Below, one piece after another: positions 40,786 to 50,848 of a stretch of 64,000 bases of DNA; the stretch's first letter is position 1, and each line of letters begins with the position of its first letter. A program made the translations under genes and the position numbers. The notes below the pieces were generated by a model. The model did not search any database, was not told the DNA's origin, and worked only from the letters and a program-made list of their open reading frames with translations. Origin of the DNA: Myxococcota bacterium (GTDB lineage: Bacteria; Myxococcota_A; UBA9160; UBA4427); assembly GCA_041389495.1 (NCBI GenBank), contig JAWKRT010000004.1, positions 165,262 to 229,261 of the forward strand, given 5' to 3'.

Positions 40786-42365
40786 GCGCGCAGCCCGACG
40801 TGAGGCGCGGAGCGACGGGCGTGCTGCTCGTGGCCGACGGCAATGCGGGACGCGCGCGCCGGCTCGCCGCTGCGCTCGAGGGCGAGGTCGAGCGCGTCGA
40901 GGTCGCCGACAACGGCGTCGTCGCGATCGAGCGTGCGCTGGCCCTCGCGCCCTCGCTGCTCGTCGCCGCGCACGGCCTCCCCCTCGTCGACGCACCGCGC
41001 CTCGCCGAGATCGTCGCCTCGAACCCGCGCACCTCGTCGACGCGCTTCCTGTTCCTCGGCGAGCCCGAGCGGTCGAGCTTCCAGCCCGGCGTCGGCGACG
41101 AGCAGGTCCCCGCGACGCTGCGCCCCCTGGACGTCGCCGACGTCGCGCGCGAGATGCTCGCGCGCCAGCGGCGCGCCCAGCAGTTCGCGGTCGCCGCGGG
41201 GAGCGGTCATGCGAGCAGCGGGAGCCTCGAGGAGCTCGCGCTCGCCGATGCGCTCCGCATGCTGAACGAGGGAGCGAAGAGCGGCCGCCTCGAGCTGTCG
41301 CACGACGACCTCGGCGGCGAGCGCCACGCCGGGTCGGTCGACGTCGAGCGCGGCGAGATCGTGGGTGCGCGCACGGGGCGCGCGACGGGCGAGAAGGCGC
41401 TCTTCCGCATGCTGCTCTGGGACGCGGGCAGCTTCCGGTTCGGCCCGCGCGGCACGCCGGGCGAGGCGATGCGGATGCGCATGCCGACGCGCCAGCTGCT
41501 CGCGGAGGGGCTGCGACAGGCGAGCGAGTGGAAGCGTCTGTCCACGCAGCTCCCCCCGCTGGATTCGCGCATCCACCTGCGCGTCGAGCCCGCCGACCTG
41601 CCGTCCGGCGTGCACCCGCTGACGCAGGAGGTGCTCGTGCTGCTCGAGGCGCAGGAGCGCGTCGGCGACGTCGTCGACCACGCGTCGTTCCCGGACTACC
41701 AGGTGCTCCGCACGCTGCGCACGCTCGAGGAGCGCGGCATCGTCGCGATCGGACGCTCGGCGTGCGAGCCCCGGCCCGGCCCGCGCGAAGGGCTGTTCGG
41801 CGAGCCGCAGGTGCGCCGGCTCCGCGAGTGGATCCGCGACGCCCAGGGCCACCCGTCGACGCCGCGTCCCGCGCGGCTCGTGGTCGCCGCCTCGGATGCG
41901 AGCGGCCTCCCGGATCTCGCGAACCTGCTGCGCCCGATTCCCGGCGTCGCGCTCGCGCCCGCGATGGAAGCCGGCCGCGTCGCGCGCGACGCGATCGCGC
42001 CGCTCGGCACGGTCCGCATCGACGAGCGCCACGCGATCGAGCTCGTGCACGTGCCGTCGGCGCCGCGCTTCGCGCCGCTCTGGGCGCGCGCCGCGCACGG
42101 CGCCCTCGGCGTCGTGTTCCTGCTCTCGGGGGCCGTGGGCGAAGCGGCGACGCGCCTCGCGCCCATGGTGCGCGCGGTCCACGCGCTGCCGCGCCCGCGC
42201 GTCTTCCACGCCGCGCTCCTCGGCAAGGGCGAGCGGCCGTCGCCCGACGAGCTTCGCGAGAACCTCTCGCTGATCGACGAAGGATCGCTGTTCCTCATCC
42301 CGCTCGAGCCCTCGAAGGAGCCGTCGACGCTGCTCGCGCGCCTGTTCGCGAGGATCGTGCCGTGA
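40782..42365 (+). CDS. Pseudo-receiver + PATAN (DUF4388) + degenerate MglA/Ras-like domain protein
   Basis: The ATG overlaps the upstream stop (ATGA). The REC-like N-terminus lacks the acceptor Asp (SLLVAAHGLP). DUF4388 pattern GSLEELALADALRMLNEGAKSGRLEL...GEKALFRMLLWDAGSFRF. The C-terminal ~165 aa are collinear with the window's own MglA but lack the P-loop and NKxD. Confidence 0.75.
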   Translation: MSAQPDVRRGATGVLLVADGNAGRARRLAAALEGEVERVEVADNGVVAIERALALAPSLLVAAHGLPLVDAPRLAEIVASNPRTSSTRFLFLGEPERSSFQPGVGDEQVPATLRPLDVADVAREMLARQRRAQQFAVAAGSGHASSGSLEELALADALRMLNEGAKSGRLELSHDDLGGERHAGSVDVERGEIVGARTGRATGEKALFRMLLWDAGSFRFGPRGTPGEAMRMRMPTRQLLAEGLRQASEWKRLSTQLPPLDSRIHLRVEPADLPSGVHPLTQEVLVLLEAQERVGDVVDHASFPDYQVLRTLRTLEERGIVAIGRSACEPRPGPREGLFGEPQVRRLREWIRDAQGHPSTPRPARLVVAASDASGLPDLANLLRPIPGVALAPAMEAGRVARDAIAPLGTVRIDERHAIELVHVPSAPRFAPLWARAAHGALGVVFLLSGAVGEAATRLAPMVRAVHALPRPRVFHAALLGKGERPSPDELRENLSLIDEGSLFLIPLEPSKEPSTLLARLFARIVP

Positions 42366-42799
42366 TCGAGGACGCGTTCGACCCGAAGCGCTTCGCGCTG
42401 CTCGCCGACCTCGGCGAGGACGACCGCGACGCGCTCGTCGAGGTGCTCGAGCTGCAGCGCGTCGCGACGGGGCGCAAGCTCTTCCGCGAGGGCGGCGAGG
42501 CCGACGGTCTCGTGCTCGTCGAGAGCGGGCGCATCGTGCTGTCGTCGAAGCGCACGGGTGCGCGCAGCGAGGTCGGGCCGGGCGACGCGGTCGGTGTGCT
42601 CTCGCTGTTCGCGATCGGACCGCGCGAGGCGACCGCGTCGACGATCGAGCCCTGCGTCGTCTGGAAGCTGCCACGCGCGCACTGGCGCCGTCTGTGCGAG
42701 GACGCGCCGCGGACGGCGTGTCGGGTGCTCGAGGCGGCGGTCCGCGAGTGCGCCGCGCTGCTGCGCGAGTCGCTCGACGCGGTCGACGGCGACGCCTGA
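42362..42799 (+). CDS. Stand-alone cyclic-nucleotide-binding domain protein
   Basis: The GTG overlaps the upstream stop (GTGA). 145 aa. LFREGGEADGLVLVESGRI...GPGDAVGVLSLF...PREATASTIEPC matches the cNMP-binding beta-roll and phosphate-binding cassette pattern. Confidence 0.75.
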   Translation: MIEDAFDPKRFALLADLGEDDRDALVEVLELQRVATGRKLFREGGEADGLVLVESGRIVLSSKRTGARSEVGPGDAVGVLSLFAIGPREATASTIEPCVVWKLPRAHWRRLCEDAPRTACRVLEAAVRECAALLRESLDAVDGDA

Positions 42800-42895
42800 G
42801 CCGGGCGCCCGCGCCGCGCACGCGTGGCAAACGGCGTTTCCCCCAGCGCTCCCGTCATCGCGTCGCTGCCGTCGCGCGCGCCGCGTCCGCGCTGG

Positions 42896-44573
<1,678 letters not shown>

Positions 44574-44596
44574 CGCGCGCGCCGTCCGCCGGGGCG

Positions 44597-46189
44597 GTGC
44601 GCGACCACGGGGGGAACGTCATCTCGCAGCCGACGACGCACGCCGACCGCATCCTGATCCTCGACTTCGGATCGCAGGTGACGCAGCTGATCGCGCGCCG
44701 CGTGCGCGAGTGCGAGGTGTACTGCGAGATCCACCCGTTCCGGATGTCGATCGACGCGATCCGCGCCTTCGCCCCGCGCGGCATCATCCTCTCGGGCAGC
44801 CCGGCGAGCGTGCACGACGCGGGCGCGCCCGACGTCGACCCCGCGCTCTTCGAGCTCGGCGTGCCGATCCTCGGCATCTGCTACGGGCTGCAGGTCATCG
44901 TGAAGCGGCTCGGCGGGCGCGTCGAGTCGTCGGACGAGCGCGAGTTCGGACCGTCGCTGCTCGATCACCGCAGCGACGACCCGCTGTTCGCGGGTCTGCC
45001 TCCGCGCGAGGGCCGCGCGCGCCGCACCGTGTGGATGAGCCACGGCGATCGCGTCCTCGAGCTTCCGCCCGGCTTCGAGGTGCTCGCGACCAGCGAGCAC
45101 TCGCCCAACGCCGCGGTCGCGAGCCGGGAGCGGCGCATCTGGGGCGTGCAGTTCCATCCGGAGGTGCACCACACGCCCGACGGCGCGCGCATCCTGCGCA
45201 ACTTCGTGCGCGACATCTGCGGCTGCGAGGGGGCGTGGACCTCCGCGGCCTTCATCGACGAGTCGGTCGCGGCGATCCGCGCGCAGGTCGCCGGCGGCCG
45301 CGCGATCTGCGGGCTCTCGGGAGGCGTCGACTCGACCGTCGCCGCGGCGCTCGTGCACCGCGCGATCGGCAGCCAGCTGACGTGCATCTACGTCGATCAC
45401 GGGCTCATGCGCGAGGGGGAGAGCGCCGAGGTCGAGCACCTGTTCCGCGACGCGCTCGGCATCGAGCTCGTGACGGTCGATGCGAGCGAGCGCTTCCTCA
45501 CCGAGCTCAAGGGCGTGGCGGACCCCGAGCGCAAGCGCCGCATCATCGGCCATCTCTTCATCGAGACGTTCGAGGCCGAGGCGGAGAAGCTCGGCGGAGC
45601 GGACTTCCTCGTGCAGGGCACGCTCTACCCCGACGTGATCGAGAGCGTCTCGGTCAAGGGGCCGTCGGCGACGATCAAGACGCACCACAACGTCGGCGGC
45701 CTCCCCGAGCGCATGAAGCTCGCGCTCGTCGAGCCCCTGCGCGAGCTCTTCAAGGACGAGGTGCGCGCGGTCGGTCGCGCGCTCGGCCTGCCCGAGCGCG
45801 CCGTGAAGCGGCATCCGTTCCCCGGGCCCGGGCTCGCGATCCGCGTGCTCGGCGAGGTGACGGCCGAGAAGCTCGCGCCGCTGCGCCGCGCGGATGCGAT
45901 CCTGCGCGAGGAGATCGAGCGCGCCGGGCTGTACGACGAGATCTGGCAGGCGCTCGTCGTGTTCCTGCCGGTCCAGAGCGTCGGCGTGATGGGCGACGGA
46001 CGGACGTACGAGAACGCGGTGGCGCTGCGCTGCGTCACCTCGACGGACGCGATGACGGCGGACTGGTCGCGCCTGCCGTACGACGTGCTCGCCACGATCT
46101 CGAGCCGCATCATCAACGAGGTGAAGGGGATCAACCGGGTCGTGTACGACGTCTCGTCGAAGCCGCCCGCGACGATCGAGTGGGAATAG
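44597..46189 (+). CDS. guaA: GMP synthase (glutamine-hydrolysing)
   Basis: GATase ILILDFGSQ and GICYGLQ. PP-loop [11 protein letters not shown]-terminal dimerisation domain ending PPATIEWE. Start is the in-frame GTG at 44597 (no ATG available). Confidence 0.93.
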   Translation: MRDHGGNVISQPTTHADRILILDFGSQVTQLIARRVRECEVYCEIHPFRMSIDAIRAFAPRGIILSGSPASVHDAGAPDVDPALFELGVPILGICYGLQVIVKRLGGRVESSDEREFGPSLLDHRSDDPLFAGLPPREGRARRTVWMSHGDRVLELPPGFEVLATSEHSPNAAVASRERRIWGVQFHPEVHHTPDGARILRNFVRDICGCEGAWTSAAFIDESVAAIRAQVAGGRAICGLSGGVDSTVAAALVHRAIGSQLTCIYVDHGLMREGESAEVEHLFRDALGIELVTVDASERFLTELKGVADPERKRRIIGHLFIETFEAEAEKLGGADFLVQGTLYPDVIESVSVKGPSATIKTHHNVGGLPERMKLALVEPLRELFKDEVRAVGRALGLPERAVKRHPFPGPGLAIRVLGEVTAEKLAPLRRADAILREEIERAGLYDEIWQALVVFLPVQSVGVMGDGRTYENAVALRCVTSTDAMTADWSRLPYDVLATISSRIINEVKGINRVVYDVSSKPPATIEWE

Positions 46190-46202
46190 GAGGGAGTGCG
46201 CC

Positions 46203-49200
46203 GTGCCGGGGATCCCGCGTCCGTTCGTCCACCTCCACCTCCACACCCAGTACTCGCTGCTCGACGGTGCCATCAAGCACAAGCCGCTGTTCGAGCGCGC
46301 GAAGGCGCTCGGCATGCCGGCGGTGGCGCAGACCGACCACGGCAACCTGTTCGGGACCATCGACTTCTACGAGTCCGCGCGCGCGAACGGCGTCAAGCCG
46401 ATCATCGGATGCGAGGTGTATCTCGCGGGCGGCTCGCGCTTCGACCGCGAGCGGCGCGAGCGCGACGAGGGCGGATTCGACGCGATCAACCACCTGCTGC
46501 TGCTGGCGATGGACGGGACGGGCTATCGCAACCTCATGCACCTCGTCTCGCGCGGCTATCTCGAGGGCTTCTACTACAAGCCGCGCATCGACATGGACCT
46601 GCTGCGCGCGCACCACGAGGGGCTGATCTGCACCTCGGGCTGCCTGTCGGCGCCCGTCCCGCGCGCCATCCTGCACAACGAGGCGAATCGTGCGTGGGAG
46701 GTGGCCGAGGACTTCAAGGCGCTGTTCGGCGACCGCTACTACCTCGAGATCCAGCGCCACGGGATTCCGGCGCAGGACACCGTCAACGCCGAGCTGATCA
46801 AGATGTCGCACGACATCGGCATTCCGCTCGTCGCGACGAACGACGCGCACTACCTCTCCGCCGACGACCACGACCACCACGATGCCCTGCTCTGCATCGG
46901 GACGGCCGCCAACCTCGACGACGAGAAGCGCTTCCGCTTCGACGGGCGCGGCTTCTACGTCAAGGACGGCGACGAGATGTACGAGCTGTTCCACGACCAT
47001 CCGCAAGCCGTCGCGAACACGCTCGAGATCGCGGAGCGCTGCGCGCTCGAGATCCCCATGGGCGAGTACCACATGCCGGAGTACCAGGTGCCGGCGGGGC
47101 GCACGCTCGACGAGGTGCTGACGGACGGCGCCTGGGCGGGGCTGCGATCGCGCCTCGGCCTCGACGCCGATGCGCCGCTCGAGGGCGATCGCAACACCGC
47201 CTACGCGTCGCGCCTCGAGCACGAGCTCGGCGTGATCAAGTCGATGGGCTTCCCGGGCTACTTCCTGATCGTCGCCGACTTCATCCAGTACGCGAAGCGC
47301 AACGGCATCCCCGTCGGGCCGGGACGCGGATCGTCGGCGGGGAGCCTCGTCGCGTACTCGCTCGGCATCACGGGCATCGACCCGATCGAGTACGACATCA
47401 TCTTCGAGCGCTTCCTGAACCCCGAGCGCATCTCGATGCCCGACATCGACGTCGACTTCTGCATGCGCGGGCGCGACCAGGTGATCCGCTACGTCGCCGA
47501 GAAGTACGACGGCGGGAGCGGCTACGACGACATGCGCGTCGCGCAGATCGCGACCTTCGGGACGCTGCAGGCGAAGGCCGCGATCCGCGACGTCGGTCGC
47601 GTGCTCGGCATGCCGTTCGGCGACGTCGACCGCATCGCGAAGCTCGTGCCCGACGCCCTCGGGATCACGCTCGCCGAGGCGCTCGAGCAGAGCCCCGAGC
47701 TGCGCGCGCGGATCGACGCCGACGGCCAGGTCGCGAAGCTCTTCGACACGGCGCGCGCGCTCGAGGGCCTGACGCGCCACGCCAGCAAGCACGCGGCCGG
47801 CGTCGTGATCGGGACGCAGCCGCTGATCGACATGGTCCCGCTCTACAAGGATCCGAAGAGCGGCGACGTGATGTCGCAGTACAACATGAACTGCGTCGAG
47901 AAGGTCGGGCTGATCAAGTTCGACTTCCTCGGCCTGCGCACGCTCACGCTCATCGCCGACGCCGAACGCATGGTGCGGGAGAACACGAAGCCCGACTTCT
48001 CGGTCGCGGACATCCCGCTCGACGACGCGACGACCTACGACCTCCTCTGCGAAGGGGACACGATGGGCGTGTTCCAGGTCGAGTCGTCGGGCATGACGGA
48101 GCTCGTGCTCCAGCTCAAGCCGCGGACGTTCCGCGAGATCATTCCGCTCGTCGCGCTCTATCGGCCGGGCCCGCTCAACTCGGGCATGGTCGACGACTAC
48201 GTGAACCGCAAGAACGGGCGCACGAAGATCGAGTTCGCGCTGCCGGAGATGCGGGAGATCACCGAGGAGACGCTCGGCGTCATCGTGTACCAGGACCAGG
48301 TGCTGCAGCTCGCGCAGCGGCTGGCGGGCTACACGCTCGGCGAGGCCGACCTGCTGCGCCGCGCCATGGGCAAGAAGAAGCCCGAGGTGATGGCCGAGCA
48401 GCGCGAGCGCTTCGTCCAGGGCTCGACCGCGAACGGCATCGACGCGAAGAAGGCGGGCGAGGTCTTCGACACGATCGTCGAGTTCGCGGGCTACGGCTTC
48501 CCGAAGGCGCACTCGACCGCGTACGCCTACCTCACCTACCAGACGGCCTACCTCAAGGCCAACCACCCGTGCGAGTTCCTCGCCGCGGTGCTCACGATCG
48601 AGTCGACGAACCACGAGAAGCTCACGCGCTACATCGCGCACACGCGCGAGCAGGAGATCGAGATCCTGCCGCCCGACGTGAACGAGTCGCAGCGCGACTT
48701 CAGCGTCGTCGAGGGCGCCATCCGCTTCGGGTTCGCGGGCATCAAGAACGTGGGGCAGGGCGCGATCGACGCGATCCTCGACGCGCGCGAGTCGGGCGGC
48801 CCGTTCCGCGGCCTCTACGACTTCACCGAGCGGGTCGACGCGCGCAAGGTGAACCGGCGCGTCGTCGAAGCGCTCGTGAAGTGCGGCGCGTTCGACTCGC
48901 TGCACGCGAGCCGCGCGAAGGTGTGGGCCTCGCTCGACGCTGCGCTCGAGCGCGGTGCGTCCTCGCAGCGCGACCGCGCGATCGGGCAGGAGAGCCTGTT
49001 CGGGGGCCTCGGCGCATCCGAGCCGGTCGACGAGCCGAAGCTCATCGAGGCGGCCGAGTGGACGGAGCGCGAGCGGCTGCAGCACGAGAAGGAGCTGCTC
49101 GGGTTCTACGTCACCGGGCATCCGCTCGGCGCGGTCGCCAGACAGCTCGCGCGCTTCACGGACACGACGGGCGCGAGCTTCGAGGGCAAGGAAGGGCGCG

Positions 49201-49724
49201 AGGTCCGGATCGGCGGCCTCCTCACGTCGCTGCGCGAGACGCGCACCAAGCGCGGCGCGCGCATGGGGTTCGGCGTGCTCGAGGACCTCGAGGGCGCCTT
49301 CGAGCTCGTGATCTTCTCCGAGCCGTACAACCAGCACGTCGAGCTCCTGCGCGACGCGCAGACGGGCGGGCCCGACGGCGGCGGCCCGATCCCGCTCGTG
49401 ATGTCGGGTACGCTCGAAGCGGGCGACACGCCGAAGCTGCTCGTGCGCGACGTGCTCCGCCTGGCCGATGCCGAGGAGGCGCTGGCCGCGCGGCTGCGCA
49501 TCGAGGTGCTCGACGCGGACGTCACGAAGGACCGCATGCTCGCGCTGAAGGACGTGCTGCGCGCACACGGAGGGGACTGCGAAGTGATCCTGCAGGTCAC
49601 GATCCCGGGCGAGAGCGTGACGCTGCTCTCGCTCGGCGACCGCTGCCACGTGCGCGTCACGACCGAGCTCTGCAGCGCGGTGAACGCGCTCTTCGGCCGG
49701 CCCGTCGCGGAGTCGACGCTGTGA
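46203..49724 (+). CDS. dnaE: DNA polymerase III alpha subunit
   Basis: PHP domain FVHLHLHTQYSLLDG, polymerase core SMPDIDVDF, OB fold at the C-terminus. 1173 aa. GTG after AGGAGGGAG. Confidence 0.96.
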   Translation: MPGIPRPFVHLHLHTQYSLLDGAIKHKPLFERAKALGMPAVAQTDHGNLFGTIDFYESARANGVKPIIGCEVYLAGGSRFDRERRERDEGGFDAINHLLLLAMDGTGYRNLMHLVSRGYLEGFYYKPRIDMDLLRAHHEGLICTSGCLSAPVPRAILHNEANRAWEVAEDFKALFGDRYYLEIQRHGIPAQDTVNAELIKMSHDIGIPLVATNDAHYLSADDHDHHDALLCIGTAANLDDEKRFRFDGRGFYVKDGDEMYELFHDHPQAVANTLEIAERCALEIPMGEYHMPEYQVPAGRTLDEVLTDGAWAGLRSRLGLDADAPLEGDRNTAYASRLEHELGVIKSMGFPGYFLIVADFIQYAKRNGIPVGPGRGSSAGSLVAYSLGITGIDPIEYDIIFERFLNPERISMPDIDVDFCMRGRDQVIRYVAEKYDGGSGYDDMRVAQIATFGTLQAKAAIRDVGRVLGMPFGDVDRIAKLVPDALGITLAEALEQSPELRARIDADGQVAKLFDTARALEGLTRHASKHAAGVVIGTQPLIDMVPLYKDPKSGDVMSQYNMNCVEKVGLIKFDFLGLRTLTLIADAERMVRENTKPDFSVADIPLDDATTYDLLCEGDTMGVFQVESSGMTELVLQLKPRTFREIIPLVALYRPGPLNSGMVDDYVNRKNGRTKIEFALPEMREITEETLGVIVYQDQVLQLAQRLAGYTLGEADLLRRAMGKKKPEVMAEQRERFVQGSTANGIDAKKAGEVFDTIVEFAGYGFPKAHSTAYAYLTYQTAYLKANHPCEFLAAVLTIESTNHEKLTRYIAHTREQEIEILPPDVNESQRDFSVVEGAIRFGFAGIKNVGQGAIDAILDARESGGPFRGLYDFTERVDARKVNRRVVEALVKCGAFDSLHASRAKVWASLDAALERGASSQRDRAIGQESLFGGLGASEPVDEPKLIEAAEWTERERLQHEKELLGFYVTGHPLGAVARQLARFTDTTGASFEGKEGREVRIGGLLTSLRETRTKRGARMGFGVLEDLEGAFELVIFSEPYNQHVELLRDAQTGGPDGGGPIPLVMSGTLEAGDTPKLLVRDVLRLADAEEALAARLRIEVLDADVTKDRMLALKDVLRAHGGDCEVILQVTIPGESVTLLSLGDRCHVRVTTELCSAVNALFGRPVAESTL

Positions 49725-50542
49725 GGGCGGCCGGGGGCCCGACGCGCGCACTCCTCCTGGCCGCGGCGGTCGCGCTGGTCGCCCCCGCGGCGCCCGCGGC
49801 GGCGGAGGACCTGCGGCAGATCGAGGCGGTCGGCGCGGTCGGCGTGCGCAAGGGCGAGCGCGCCGATCCGCGCGCGGGCGCCGTCGCACAGGCCCTGCGC
49901 GAGGCCGTCGAGCGCGTGGCGAGCGAGCTCCTGGCGGACGCCGCCCTCGGCCCCGAGGCCGAGGAGGGCGCGCCCGTCGACCTCGCCGCCGTGCTCGGCA
50001 AGGACATGGGCGCCTACACGTCGCGCTTCAAGGTGACGGAGGACCGCGGGCTCGGCCCGGCGCTGTTCGTCGAGGACCCGGACGTGACGACCGAGTACGT
50101 GGTCGTGGTCGATGCCCTCGTCGACGCCGACCTCGTGCGCAGCCGGCTCGTGGCGGCCGGCGCGCTCGAGCCGGAGGCCGGGACCGCGGAGAGCGGCGTC
50201 GTGCTGCTCGAGGTCGAGGGGCTCGAGGTCTACCCGGCCCTCGCCGACCTCCGGGATCTGCTCGAGCGGCGCGTCGGGGCCGCGAGCGCGCTGCCGCGCG
50301 AGATCGAGCACGGCCGCGCGACGCTCGAGGTCCGCACGTCGCTCGATGCGCGCGGCCTCGCGCAGGCGATGGAGCGCGAGGCGCCGCCGCACATGACGAT
50401 CGTGCCGCTCGGCACCGAGGGGAGCGGGCGGGCCCGCATCGCCGTTCGCTGGAGCCCGGCGCGCTTCGCGCCGCCCGACGCCGCGGATCTCCCGCCGGTC
50501 GAGGCCGGCCAGTCGCCCCGGCCGGCTCGCGCGCGCCGGTGA
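49721..50542 (+). CDS. Secreted hypothetical protein, coupled to dnaE
   Basis: The GTG overlaps the dnaE stop (GTGA). Signal-like ALLLAAAVALVAPAAPAAA. Acidic alpha/beta-looking body. No recognisable motif. Confidence 0.5.
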   Translation: MRAAGGPTRALLLAAAVALVAPAAPAAAEDLRQIEAVGAVGVRKGERADPRAGAVAQALREAVERVASELLADAALGPEAEEGAPVDLAAVLGKDMGAYTSRFKVTEDRGLGPALFVEDPDVTTEYVVVVDALVDADLVRSRLVAAGALEPEAGTAESGVVLLEVEGLEVYPALADLRDLLERRVGAASALPREIEHGRATLEVRTSLDARGLAQAMEREAPPHMTIVPLGTEGSGRARIAVRWSPARFAPPDAADLPPVEAGQSPRPARARR

Positions 50543-50579
50543 CGGCGGGCCGGCTCGCGTCGGAATCGGCCGGCGGCGA

Positions 50580-50608
50580 TTGACACCGCAACGGCGAATC
50601 GGTATCGA
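50580..50608 (+). promoter_or_regulatory. Putative promoter TTGACA-N17-TATCGA upstream of tRNA-Val
   Basis: Exact -35 at 50580-50585 and a weaker -10 at 50603-50608. The tRNA starts 24 nt downstream of the -10. Confidence 0.4.
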
Positions 50609-50631
50609 TTCCGGCCCGTTAGACGGGTTTC

Positions 50632-50707
50632 TGGCACGTAGCTCAGGGGCTAGAGCGCTGCCTTGACACGGCAGAGGTCGGCGGTTCAATCCCGCCCGTG
50701 CCAACCA
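50632..50707 (+). tRNA. tRNA-Val (anticodon GAC)
   Basis: Acceptor TGGCACG/CGTGCCA (U1-A72), D-arm TAGCTCAGGGGCTAGAGC, anticodon stem CTGCC/GGCAG with loop TTGACAC, T-arm GGCGGTTCAATCCCGCC, encoded CCA. Confidence 0.9.
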
Positions 50708-50848
50708 CTCCCATCGAGCTCGCGTCGGCGTGCGGCCGCAGGGGTCGCGCGGCGCGCTCGCTTGCGCGCGTTCTGCTGCGACACGCCGCCTTGCACCGCG
50801 ACGTTTCGCTTCGAGTCGTCGGACCACCGCGATGCCCAGCCACCGATC

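Noticed and set aside
50708-50848. T-box or tRNA-mimic operator upstream of thrS.
   Set aside because: No specifier-loop or T-box (AGGGTGGNACCGCG-like) sequence is present. The 140-nt spacer after tRNA-Val shows no obvious anticodon-arm mimic.
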